A stretch of 64,000 nt of DNA from Lingula anatina. Lineage: Eukaryota > Animalia > Brachiopoda. The number at the start of each line of letters is the position of its first letter. Position 1 is the stretch's first letter. The stretch lies in assembly GCA_051362555.1 (NCBI GenBank), contig CM120647.1:10230001-10294000 (forward strand), in the 5' to 3' direction. Below the pieces are notes generated by a model. It made no database searches and was not told where the DNA came from. It saw only the letters and a list, made by a program, of their open reading frames with translations. Positions 24,601 through 36,418 of the stretch are shown here, piece after piece. Both the position numbers and the translations under genes were made by a program.

Positions 24601-27600
24601 ATTGAACTTGAATAGGAAGTCATATACTGACAATCTAAATGTGACCTTAAAATTGACCTTTGACCTACTTTTCACCATAAACTGAACTTTGCAAATTTTG
24701 CTTCCCTTTTATCTCCAAAACTGGCAGAGATAGGTCCATAGTTACTATTGAACTTGAATAGGAAGTCATATACTGGCAATCTAAATGTGACCTTAAAATT
24801 GACCTTTGACCTACTTTTCACCATGAACTGAACTTTGCAAATTTTGCTTTCCTTTTATCTCCAAAACTGGCAGAGATAGGTCCATAGTTACTATTGAACT
24901 TGATAAGAAAGTCATATACTGGCAATCTAAATGTGACCTTGAAATTGACCTTTGACCTACTTTTCACCATGAACTGAATTTTGCAAATTTTGCTTCCCTT
25001 TTATCTCCAAAACTGGCAGAGATAGGTCCATAGTTACTATTGAACTTGAATAGGAAGTCCTATACTGGCAATCTAAGTGTGACCTTGAAATTGACCTTTG
25101 ACCCACTTTTTATCATGAAGGGAACCCTGCTAATTTCTTTCTCTTTTAACTTCAAACTTGACAGAGATAGGTCCATAGTTACTCTTGAACTTGAATAGGA
25201 AGTCATATACTGGCAATTTACTGTGACCTTGAAATTGACCCTTGACCTATCTTACAAAGAACTTAAATTTGATTGTACCATATATATTTTTTGCAATAGT
25301 TTAAAAATTCTTGTTGATTGCATTTTTACAGCTTGTCAAGCACAAAACTGGCAGCTGTGTCCCTTATTTTGTGTATGTGGGGGTCTATACAAATGCGCTT
25401 GCTCCAGCTGGTGGTACAATATTCGGAGGCGGTATCGCCTCTCTGATCCTCTAGTTTAATCAGCTTTTAGTTATATGACTTTTTTTAATTGATTTAATTT
25501 TATTAATTTTTTGTGGTCTTTTTAGTTTTTGATTTGTTGTTATTCCAAGAAAAGAAATAAAAGAGACAATATTTGAAACCATTTTACTTCTCTTGAAGTA
25601 CAGAGGAAGGAAAAGAAGTGGGAAAAAGTTAAAGGGAAGAAAAATGTGTTACAGTAAAAAGTACACTGTTTAGTTACTGATTTTGATATTTTCTGCTTTC
25701 TTAATACAAAATTATATAATTGAAAAACAGTATATTTATTATTACGTTTGCTTGTTTCAGGGTCATTCATATATCTCGAGGTCGACCACCCCAGGGGATT
25801 ATGGGGTGGGGCATCTTTATAGTCATGCTTCCATTCAGATTTGTGTACAGCTCATTAATGGACATTCTACGGTTCTTTTGTAAGTGTGACCTCTTAGTTT
25901 AGTTTACAACGGAAATATGTTGAAATTGAAATAGTGGACATTCTGCCTTTTTGTGTGATTCCTCTCACATCAGTTCACAACTGAAATAACTTGGACTTGA
26001 AATTTAAGGCTTCGTTCACATGCAATGTTTATTTTCTAAATTCTATTTTCTATTCGCGGCATGTCTTATGTCTGTGCCCTGAATATCCCGCGGCGTAATT
26101 ACTGGCAGCGCGAGCCAATTACTATAAGTTACTATAAGTAACCGGCTCGCGCTGCCAGTAATTACGCGGCGGGATATTCAGAGCACAGACCGTGATCATA
26201 AGACATGCCGCGAATAGAAAATAGAATTTAGAAAATAAACATTGCATGTGAACGAAGCCTAAATGGTGGACAATATGAGGTCCTTATTTGAATGTTTCCT
26301 CTTAGACCAGTTCACGTCTGAAATGGCTTGATATTGAAATAATGGACATTCTGCATTTATTTTGTGTTTCTTCTTGGACCAGTCCAGTTTGGAGTGGGTG
26401 GACGTAAGAAGAATAGCTAATTAGCTTGTTTTATATGAAGAACGATTAATTGCAGTTTAATGTTTCGAGATATTTTTTCAATCAAGAAGGTCTAAGTTTA
26501 AAGTAGTACTGATGAATTAATGGTATGACCCCTAAGAGTAGAATTAAATATGGTTAACTATCTGTTTTCCAGGGAGACTTTTTATGCCAGATCCAAGAAG
26601 AAGTGAGTATACAACAAGATATAGAACTGTCCTATGAAACAGACAAATGTTAGGTCAAATAATGTTCATTCTTATCTCCTAAAATATATTGCTTTCTCAC
26701 ATAAAACTAAAACATTTTTGTTCTAACAATTGTGGCCTCTTACACATCTAGAATGAGTTCTCTTGTGGACCCAACACAATTTTTAATAAGCCTTTTTTTT
26801 TTTGCTGAAAAATGCTGAAGAACTGGAGTATTAACATCTCTTGACTTTAGCCATTGTTTTGTAAACTTATACTATATCTTTGTCTGGTTATAGCTGTAAC
26901 AGATCCAGTTGGAGATGTGACCACTTTTATACAGGAATATGACAGTCAGTTTGGTGAGACACATCCAGTATTTTACCAGGGCTCCTATAGCCAGGTAAGC
27001 ACTTGGAATGGACTTTGTTCTTTCATAATGTGTACTTATCCAGTGTGGATATCAGGATGAGTGTGTACATCCTGTATGGATATTTTCAGGATGAGTGTGT
27101 ACATCCTGTATGGATATTTTCAGGATGAGTGTGTACATCCTGTATGGATATTTTCAGGATGAGTGTGAAAATCCAGTATTGATAATTTCAGGATGTGCAT
27201 GTTAATCCAGTATTGATATTTTAGGATAAGTGTGCTCATGCAGTGTTGATAATCTCATGATAAGTCTATCCATCTTGCATTAGCATTTTTGTCATAGGTG
27301 TGTCCATCTTATATGGGCACTTTGAGAAAAATTGTAGAAAAAGGTCAGAGAAAAGTCACATGAATCTTTAAATAATATGTGTTTGGCACTTGCCAGCGAA
27401 ATGATATTGGGCTTGCTATATCAGGTCCTGAATGATGCCAAGAATGAGCTGAAATTTCTCCTAGTCTATTTACATGGTGATGACCACCAGGACACTCCAG
27501 AGTTCTGCAGGTAAGGGACAGATTGTTTTGTAGGTAAAGAACTGATTGTGCCAGTATGTGCTAGTTTTTGGCCAGCAGATTGTGTTAGTTGTGACAGCTA

Positions 27601-29967
27601 AATGTGTTAGTTTTGACAGTGGATTGTGTTAGTAGTGACAGCAAATTGTGTTAGTTGTGACAGCTAAATGAGTTAGTTTTGACAGTGAATTGTGTTAGTT
27701 GTGACAGCAGATTGAGTTAGTTGTGTCAGTATATTGTGTATTATGTCTGCAGATTATGTTGGCTGTGACAGTAGGTTGTGTAACTTTTGCCAGCATATTG
27801 TTGTGACAGTGGATTGTGTTAGATATGAAATGTGTTGAAGATGTAATCTAATATATAATCTTTGTGTTTTCCAGGTCAACGTTGGGTAATGCTGATGTTA
27901 TAGAGTTTATTGATGCACGTATGCTGTTTTGGGGCTGCAATACAAATAGCCCAGAAGGGTTCAGAGGTAAATAATACATTGTACCACTAGATTGCGTTAT
28001 ATGTACCAGTATGCAATGCAAAGAGCCCCAAGGGATTCATAGGTTAAAATGCTATTCAGGTCCTGGGTTCTTATTGTTGCCATACGTGAGCATTAGCAAT
28101 ACAGTTCATTCAAACTCAGGGCTAAAGTGATTTAGACTTACACCCCATTTCCATAGATTAGATCGACCTACTTTAGATCGACCTAACTCCCTGGGGGTTC
28201 ACGCTAAGTAGCTGTCAGCCGGGCGGACACGAAAGTTAATTACCCCCTTACAGCTTGTAGTAGGCGGGACGGACATTTAAGCCGGATTATCTGAAAGTAA
28301 TCTAGTGAGACTCCCCGCGGGGATAGATCGATCTAAAATCTATGGGAATAGAGCCTTAATGTAACTCGAGTCTTACAATGACATTTCATCATTTCAATGA
28401 ACAATGGCAGTCCTAACATTGCACATTGAGCGAATCTGTGGAAGATTTCACACTTACTGGAGTAACAAAACTGTATTAACTGTCTTCAAAAATTAAAACA
28501 GTTTTGCTACTACAAGTGTGAACTTGATAGCTCTCCCTCACTATGCCAGCATAAAGTGACTGTTTTTATTTCACTGATATATTCCAGTGTCCCAAGCGCT
28601 GAGAGAGAACACATACCCCTTTTTAGCTTTAATAGTATTACGTCAAAATAGAATGACAGTGGTGGCAAGGATAGAGGGGCCAATAGGTGAGTTACATAGT
28701 CCTGTAATCAGTTCATTATATGGATATATAAAGATATATTACGTAATGAAATAATTATGTATGTAGATAATAAAATATTAAGAATATTTTTATACATAAA
28801 GGCACATTATATATTTATTATATGGATTTTTAGATTTCTTATACTGTGAAATAATTAGTATTATAATAAAAAGAAAATTACTCACCATGGGTGAAATTAA
28901 AATGGTTTGATATTAAACGATGATGTTTACTCTCTTCATATATTCTCTCGTTTTCTCACTCTCTCAATACCCCCCCTCCCCCCTCTTTGCAGGTCTTGAT
29001 GATTTGATGAAATATTACATATTTGTTACAGGTCCTGTTGAGTTAATAGAAAGGTTAACTCGGGTTATGGAGGATAACGAGGCCTCACTAATTGCAGTAA
29101 GAGCTGACAGGTAAATATCCATTACTTTATGGCTGAGGGCTTGTTTAGTATTATTATTATTATTATTGTCTGTTTGAGTGTTTGTCATATATTTTATATT
29201 TTTTGTCATTTACTGTATTTGATTGTTGCATTTTAATTTTGATTGATATAAATTTCATATTTATTGTTATTTGTTTCATTTCAACAATTACACAGTTTGC
29301 CTTTCTTTAATTTTGCCTGCTTTTATTTCAGGGAGGAGCGTCATTTTAATCGTTCACTACGAGAACAGCAGGATGAAGCATATCTTGAATCTCTGAAAGC
29401 GGACCAAGAAAAGGTAGTGTAATTTTGTAAGGTGAACATTGAATGTTAGATATAATGACAATATAGTCATATTTAATGTTATTTCATTGTATTTTACAAA
29501 GATGCTGTGAATTTGGAGTTTATTTGATATTTTTTATCATTTTTTTTATGGAAGAATGATTATTTTCCTTGGTAAAGAGTAACATGTTAGGACAACTCAC
29601 CTTATTTAAGAATTATTTTAAAAGTTTGTCTTATGTAATTTATTGTTGAACATTTAGTGTTGATCATCATTTAGGAAAAGAAAAAGAGAGAAGAAATGGA
29701 AAAACAAAAGCAAGAGTTAGAAGAAGCTAAAAGAAGAGAAATGGAAATTGTTAAAAAACAAGAAGTAAGTAACTTTTCCATATAAAACTTCTTCTTGTCA
29801 CCACTCAATGTTATATTTTTGTCACAAATAATAGTTTGAATAATTACAAAACATGCAAAAGGGATTTCACACAGAAGTGTGTTATTGATTCATGATTAAA
29901 AATAAAGAATTTGTAACATGAAATTGAAGGTGAAAAAAATAAATATCCCATGTAAGTTTTTTTTTCT

Positions 29968-30001
<34 letters not shown>

Positions 30002-31013
30002 CAGTAGTAGTAGTAGTGGTAGCGAAAATAGTAATAGTAATAATTGGAATTTTTATCTTTCTGTATAATAAGTCCCTATTGTGGAAATGAAAGGTTTTGT
30101 AAATTGCATAGACCTGTATAAGAAGTATATCATGTAGGTTTGAGATAATATAATAAGGAAAGGCGTACCCCCTTTCAAAACATTTCTCTCGCTCTCATTT
30201 CTGTAGGAAATCATGAGTATCGTATAAGATGTACATCATGAGCTTTTGAAGTAATATAATAAGGAAAGGCATACCCCCTTTCAGAACACTCTCGTTTTCA
30301 TTTCTGCAGGAAATCATGAGGAGAAAGGAGGAGTTGAGGACGTCCATACCGGAGGAACCTGCTGTTGATGATCCTGATGCAATCAAAGTGTTAGTGAAAC
30401 TACCTGATGGGACAAGAATAGAGAGGAGATTTTGTGGTTCCTGGTCTGCTAAGGTAAAAGTGAATAAATATTTAATAGAAAAGATTATTGGGTCTCGCTG
30501 TCACTTGGTATGTGAAAGTAATTTTATGGTATCAGATATTGATAGTTAAAAATGTGGTGAAAACAAGACATTTGTGTAGTTTCAGTTTCTTTTGTGTTGA
30601 AAACGTGACATTTGTGCAGTTGCATTTTTTTTCTCAAAACAGTCTATGTAATAACAGAGCCCACTTCTATTGAAAAGTGACCCCAAGGGAGCTGTACCTA
30701 CTATACATTAAGTTAGTGCAAGGTGGAAGTTTTAAATGTAGATATCCTATGTGACAAAAATCATCTTCAGAAAGGAATTGTTTGGTTTTGAAAAAGTTTT
30801 ACTTATATATAATTCACAATTTCTCTTTTACAGCATCTCTACAACTTTGTCTTCTGCCATGAAATGACACCAGATGACTTCTCCATAGTAACAAACTTTC
30901 CTCGTAAAACGTTGCCATGCCAACCAGTTGATGGACAGCCAGACCCACCCTCTTTTATAGAATTAAAGTTTGGAAAGTCAGAACTTGTCTTTGTTCACGA
31001 CCATGAAGCTTGA
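21629..31013 (+). CDS. FAF2: FAS-associated factor 2 / UBXD8 (UBA-hairpin-UAS-coiled coil-UBX p97 adaptor), 13 coding exons, ~446 aa
   Basis: Exons 21629-21688 (EQTEKLLQFQ), 22314-22492 (DLTGLEDMERCRTLLERHNWDME), 25761-25879 (hydrophobic hairpin), 26573-26602, 26894-26994 (HPVFYQGSYSQ), 27425-27510 (KFLLVYLHGDDHQDT), 27875-27966, 28588-28686 (ENTYPFLA), 29032-29110, 29332-29413 (LREQQDEAYLESLKADQEK), 29675-29764, 30310-30453 (KLPDGTRIERRF), 30834-31013 (TNFPRK, TGA). They total 1341 nt in frame. Confidence 0.96.
22691..25454 (+). mobile_element. Complete HINE (DINE-1/pearl-like) in FAF2 intron 2
   Basis: 5' subTIR+IR ttgtaccaccagcg..cgctggtggtac, GC microsatellite, unique body and tandem core. 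The 3' subTIR gctggtggtacaa is at 25407-25419, with a stem-loop gaggcg-gtat-cgcctc and terminal CTAG followed by TTT. Confidence 0.85.
23401..25250. repeat. 146-bp tandem array (~12.5 copies), core of the HINE
   Basis: ccaaaactggcagagataggtccatagttactattgaacttgaataggaagtc... starts at 23401, 23547, 23693 ... 24861, 25007. Confidence 0.95.
26008..26259. mobile_element. Almost fully palindromic PIF/Harbinger (Tourist-like) MITE, TAA TSD
   Basis: TAA|ggcttcgttcacatgcaatgtttattttctaaattctatt... ...aatagaatttagaaaataaacattgcatgtgaacgaagcc|TAA, with arms of ~110 bp. Confidence 0.85.
27040..27310. repeat. 34-bp minisatellite downstream of the FAF2 exon 5 donor
   Basis: caggatgagtgtgtacatcctgtatggatatttt starts at 27053, 27087, 27121 and 27155, then decays. 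Confidence 0.85.
28141..28355. mobile_element. PIF/Harbinger MITE (tagatcgatc family)
   Basis: Near-identical to 37422-37636 and flanked by TTA/TAA. Confidence 0.8.
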
Positions 31014-33263
31014 AATCAAGGAGTCTGCTTTAAAGAATGACCTTGACATTGATAGATAGATTGGTGGATAGGCCTTGACATTGGTAAATAGGCCATAACA
31101 TTGATTGAAAGGCTATGGCATAGATGTAAAGACCTTGACATTGGTGAATAAACCTTGTCATGGATTTAAAGATTGTGGCGTGGAGATGGCCTTGACCTAT
31201 TGAGATGTGACCTTGACCTTGAGTTGGGACTCTTAATATAAAGGGCTTGAAAAAGAGGCAAAGGAGAAAAGAAATGTGAATTTAACTTTGAATTAAATAT
31301 TGAGAAGTCATTCTAATAGTTAAGAAATTCATGAAGTGTTATGCAATCAATGCTGTGTGCCAAGAGGCAGTGATATAAATTGGAAGATTTTGACAAAGAG
31401 AGATTGTTGAATCCAGGCAGTTTTTTATCTGCACTATTTTAATTCATTTCATATGGAATAATTTAGTTAAATATTGATGATGAGTACTGCAAATGGAAAT
31501 CATCTGAGATAACCTAAAATGAGGATCTCAACAGTGCATGATGTCAGATACGAGAGTAGAAAACGGGGGAGAATCTGTTTTAAGTAGAGTTAACTTTTAG
31601 TGATAAGAGTGAATCCCTGTGCTTGGTATGTTGTCTTAACCTGTGCTCATGTGCAAAATATGATTAATTCAGACCATAGTGCAATAGATTTGAACAGGTT
31701 TAAAAAAATTATCAGAAAACATTCACGGATAATTGCTGTTGGCTTTTATTCATTGCAGCACTTCACCCACTAATCTGTCATTATTTCTGATACTCAAAAT
31801 CCCACTAAATCTTTGGGCTCTCTCAGATGATTCCCATTCAATAACTTGTGTATTTTCTCTTTTATGGTCAAATTATGAGGTGGTGCTCACATTTGCACTT
31901 GGTAGTTCATGTTTTGTCAGACATTTTCACATAACACCCCTGATGTTGTTAATATTGAATCCAAAAGGGGTGCTTCTCAAGTACTTGTCGTAAATTTAAG
32001 ATTTTTCACTTCATATGTATAATGTCCCCCTCTTAGAATTTACAATCGATGTCAAATTTATCAGGCTTCTGGTTCCTTTGAAGGATTTTGAAATACTCAG
32101 AAGAGCTCAAAGTGAGAGGATCTTGATGAGCTGTAATATTCACCAGCATTTTATACTTATTTATAACATTCAAGCTGTTGTGCTTGTAAAATTTAAACTG
32201 AGAATTGTGATCGATTATAGAGGGTTGGATTAGTAACAACTTTATTTAGACGCGACAAAATTGAAAATGGCTTATAAGCAAAATGATACATCACGTTTTG
32301 AATAAATAAAAGTGTTGATGTGGATTGAGGATAATGCACCAAAATGCTTAATTTGGATAACAAGGTATTTCTCACCTGCTGGCCACTTATTTTGACAATT
32401 AATTCCTCCAAGAGATTTTTGTCACATGCAAAGTGTCAGTTTGTAATAAATTGTAGATAGGACAGTCCTTCTATGGAGACATCAAATAAAAGTTGTTTTT
32501 TTTTTATTTTAAGTGAAGACTTAACATTGTGCCCATCACCTCATTACAGTTATTGCTAAGTCGACAATAAAAGCAACATGGTGAAACCAGCTGTTTGTTT
32601 TATCCATTACCAATCTTTGTCCAGTCATATGCTACACAAAACTCAATTGGGAGGGGGAGGTCCCTAAATTAAAGATCTTGTTGTATTTAAAATGAAATGC
32701 ACATATGAAAATAAGCATGTATTTTATTTTTTCTGAAGTTAATGCACAAAGATGTTATATCTGTGATTTCCTTGCACGTGAAACTGTCACTGTCTTAAAA
32801 ATTGACAGTCTTAAAAAAATTTAACCAGTTTTAAATTGCACAGGTTTTAAGACAGAGTGACTTCGTTTCAATAATGAGAACTCATTTTCCTTAAAAAAAT
32901 CCAATTAAATAATATTAATAATTTCAAAACAATTATGTAACTGTATTTAAAAAAAAACATATCATGATATTGATAAACGTTCATGTAAAAAATTAATATG
33001 TATTAAGCTTAATACTGAATATGATTAAAATAACAACTATCACAACTATTTTCAACTAAAAATCACTAAAAGATAAACCTACAGTAACTGTTAAACAAAT
33101 CTAGAAAGAAATAAATCACAACAGTTCAATTAATAAAAGAATACTGTCATGGCTTAAAAGTTAAACCATAAGGGGTTTGATCTATGTAGACATATTATAA
33201 TTTTTCAATTGGCCTTTTTGAACCATTTTGCCACAAAAGTAATTTTTCCTATTTTATCTCTTT

Positions 33264-35391
33264 TTAATCTTCCTTTTTCTCAGATAAACCTCTTAGAACT
33301 TTCTTCCTTTGCCCTATCATGTGAAAGTACAGCATTGGAAAAACTGAAAAAAAAGTGAAATTTCATAAATTAGTGTGCTTTAAAAAAAACGGCTGAAGAT
33401 AGGGATTCTAACATTGACAGCGACCAAAAATTTCAGCAATTTATTTTATTGTTTGTAACTCATAATGGCAAAAGGAAATCACTAAATATAACTTAAACAA
33501 TCAGGATAGAACAGCTATCAAAACTCAATGGCTGTATTTATCTACTTACTGATTTTTTTCCAGGGGTTAAAGCACGATAAATCTTAAATTTATTTTGTTC
33601 ATGGTCTTCAAATTCACTTTCAGGCACGCAGATATACCCACATGGATTTAACTATTAAGCATGATTAAAAATACAATAAAAAAGCCATCAAGCTCAAATT
33701 ATAAAACAAAAGAATTTCAACTGAAGAATGCAGACATACTCACGTGGTATATAACTAAGCATGAGCATGATCACAACAGTATAGTAGTCAAAACTCATGT
33801 TCATCCTATTTGGCAGTGGATAGGTATAGATTGCAGTCTTCTTTATATAAGGTAATGCTGAAAACTGAGTGAACAGTTCTCCCTGCAAGGTCAAAAGGTC
33901 GTCTCAGATGTCATGTCAAAGGTCAGAGGTCATCTGGTAAAGTTCAGTTCCACAAGCAAAATTTAATATTGTATAAATGGTATAAATGGATTTTGAAAAT
34001 TTACCAGCTTAAAAGTATTAAAATAGCAAACAAAAATGTTTATAATTTTTTTTTTCAATTCTTTAGTACTTAAGTATTTTGTACTCACTGAAACTCCTAT
34101 AGGATACAGCACTATGAAGAATGTGTATCTAAAAAGAAGAATAATTGAAAAAAATGTTTTAAAACAATTTCAGCAAAAACAATATAACCATTATTCCACT
34201 CAAGGGGCTAGCTATATAAATAAAACAAAGCCTTACAGACTGCAAATATAGTACCATGACTAAGGTGTAACACAGAAAACTATTTTCAGCATCTGAAGGT
34301 ATTGTAAGTTTTTATATCGATAAAAAATCTCTTTGACTGAAACAAATTACATAAACAAATAAATTTATCACAAAAATTAAAGAAAATACTAAAAATATGC
34401 AATAAAATAAATAATTTATGGAAGCTGCATAAAACAATGTCACTCACCTACACCATATGAGAAAATATGGTACTGAGTTCAATAAATTCAGAGCGTAAAA
34501 TGAATATCTGATAATTTCTGTTAAAGTCCAGGGTAGAAGAAAGCAGGCTACAAACCAACCCTCTTGAACCTGAAAAAGAGAGGCGGGGAAAGTGATATGC
34601 GGCATCAAGAAATCTTGCCCCTCACTAAACAATAATAACATTTGGATTTTCTCATTTTTCTCAGTGTTAATGTAAGGGATTCCAATGATGTTAAATTATA
34701 GCAGCTTCTGTCTGTTGATCAGACAAAACAAGAAGATAAACAAAATTACATCATTACACATTCATTGCTAGCAACACTGTGCTCATAGGTGTTACAGTTT
34801 TATCACAACCAACACAACTACAAATCTTTGAAATAACATGTTAGCCAGATAGAATGCAAACAGAAGCAAACATCAACATGCTTTGCACAAAATGCATTAG
34901 GTTTGACAGACAATACAACTATACATCTCAATCATTACACAACCAACAAAAGTGATATAATATTCAGCATTGACAAGTTTGTCCAACTTGTGTTAGATGT
35001 GACAATTAACAAACCCAAGCATATTTATCATTACACAACCAACAAAAAATGACCTCGTTTGCACAGAATGTGTTAGGTGTGAAAAAGCTGTCACAACCAA
35101 CACAATCCCACATCTCCTTTACCTCTGGTATACTCCATACCACGCCCCAGGTGAGGAAGACTCGGGAAAAGATCTGAACTGCCGTCAGAAACCAGTTTGA
35201 CTTCACCAATCCCAGCAAACAGTGCAACACCTATAATCAGAACCAAGAGTTTTCCCAGCGAACCGTCCAGGCATCATTTGGATGGCCACACACATACAAA
35301 CACAATTATCCAAAATACACATACAAACATTCCAACGTTATCATTATCATTTATTATTTACATCAAGGTATGCCAGAATCACCATCCATTA

Positions 35392-35428
<37 letters not shown>

Positions 35429-36371
35429 AGTTATTATTATTATTATCATTATTACTATTTTTAGAGTTATTTTTATTATTATTATGACATGCATTTACCT
35501 CAAGGTATGCTAATGTCTGGAAGACCTCCAGCAGTAGCTGTATATAGGAGTGTCTGTACAGGCCATTCCAGGACTTGGTACTGAGGTAATGTTGTAATGC
35601 TAGGAACAGTATACAACTCCATCTGAAATTATATAATACTAAACATTAAAGTGTTGTTCTTGTCAGCTATGCCAAGGAGGTTATGTTTTTACCTTTGTTG
35701 ATGTGTTAGGGTGCATCCAGAACTAGTTGATCTGAGGACTAACTAGTCCATGGATCAAATATGGCATGACCTACTTGAAAGCGGGGTGATAATTAATTGA
35801 CCTGCTGGGATGGCGGGAGTTGGAGGCAGGAATCCATTGTTAAGTGCATACTACAACTGATACGGGGACTAGTTAGTCTGCAGATCAACTGGTACTGAAT
35901 GCACCCTTAGTTTACAGCTTGTTATAACCAGCCTGTTGGTTATTCAGGTTCTTCTATTTTTTTTTTTTTTTTTTACCAATTAGTCAAATGAGACAGGTAG
36001 ATATAGTTTTCTGCTACATAAGTTTATTTTGGACTAAAACTTCAGTCTCTACCACTGTAAAGCTCTCTGAGACTCTCTATCTTTATGTCCCTAAGCATCA
36101 GTCACTCTCTCTTCCCTATCTCTTTCATCACTCAATTTGCATTTTAAATGAACTTTATCTGATTTGCAGCCTGCCACGCACACTATGTTAATGGCCTTTA
36201 TATATTAAAGCTTAAAGGGATAACAACTCTTCGTATGAGATCTATATTTTGCAACAAATACATCGTAAACAACTAACAGAAATATAATATATTCTATTTT
36301 ACCACAAAAACGATAGTTAAAGCAATTAATCTAAAATCTGTGCTTCTTTAGATAGCTATTTTCGAATAATC

Positions 36372-36418
<47 letters not shown>

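Noticed and set aside
27040-27310. 34-bp internally palindromic repeats resembling a CRISPR array
   Set aside because: The units are head-to-tail with no unique spacers, there are no cas genes, and the setting is a eukaryotic intron.
31011-31013. FAF2 TGA as selenocysteine or readthrough
   Set aside because: It falls at the expected end of the UBX domain, an in-frame TAA follows within a few codons, and I recognised no SECIS element.
35197-35487. Poly-Leu / poly-Tyr ORFs
   Set aside because: They come from an (ATT)n microsatellite in a HACD intron.
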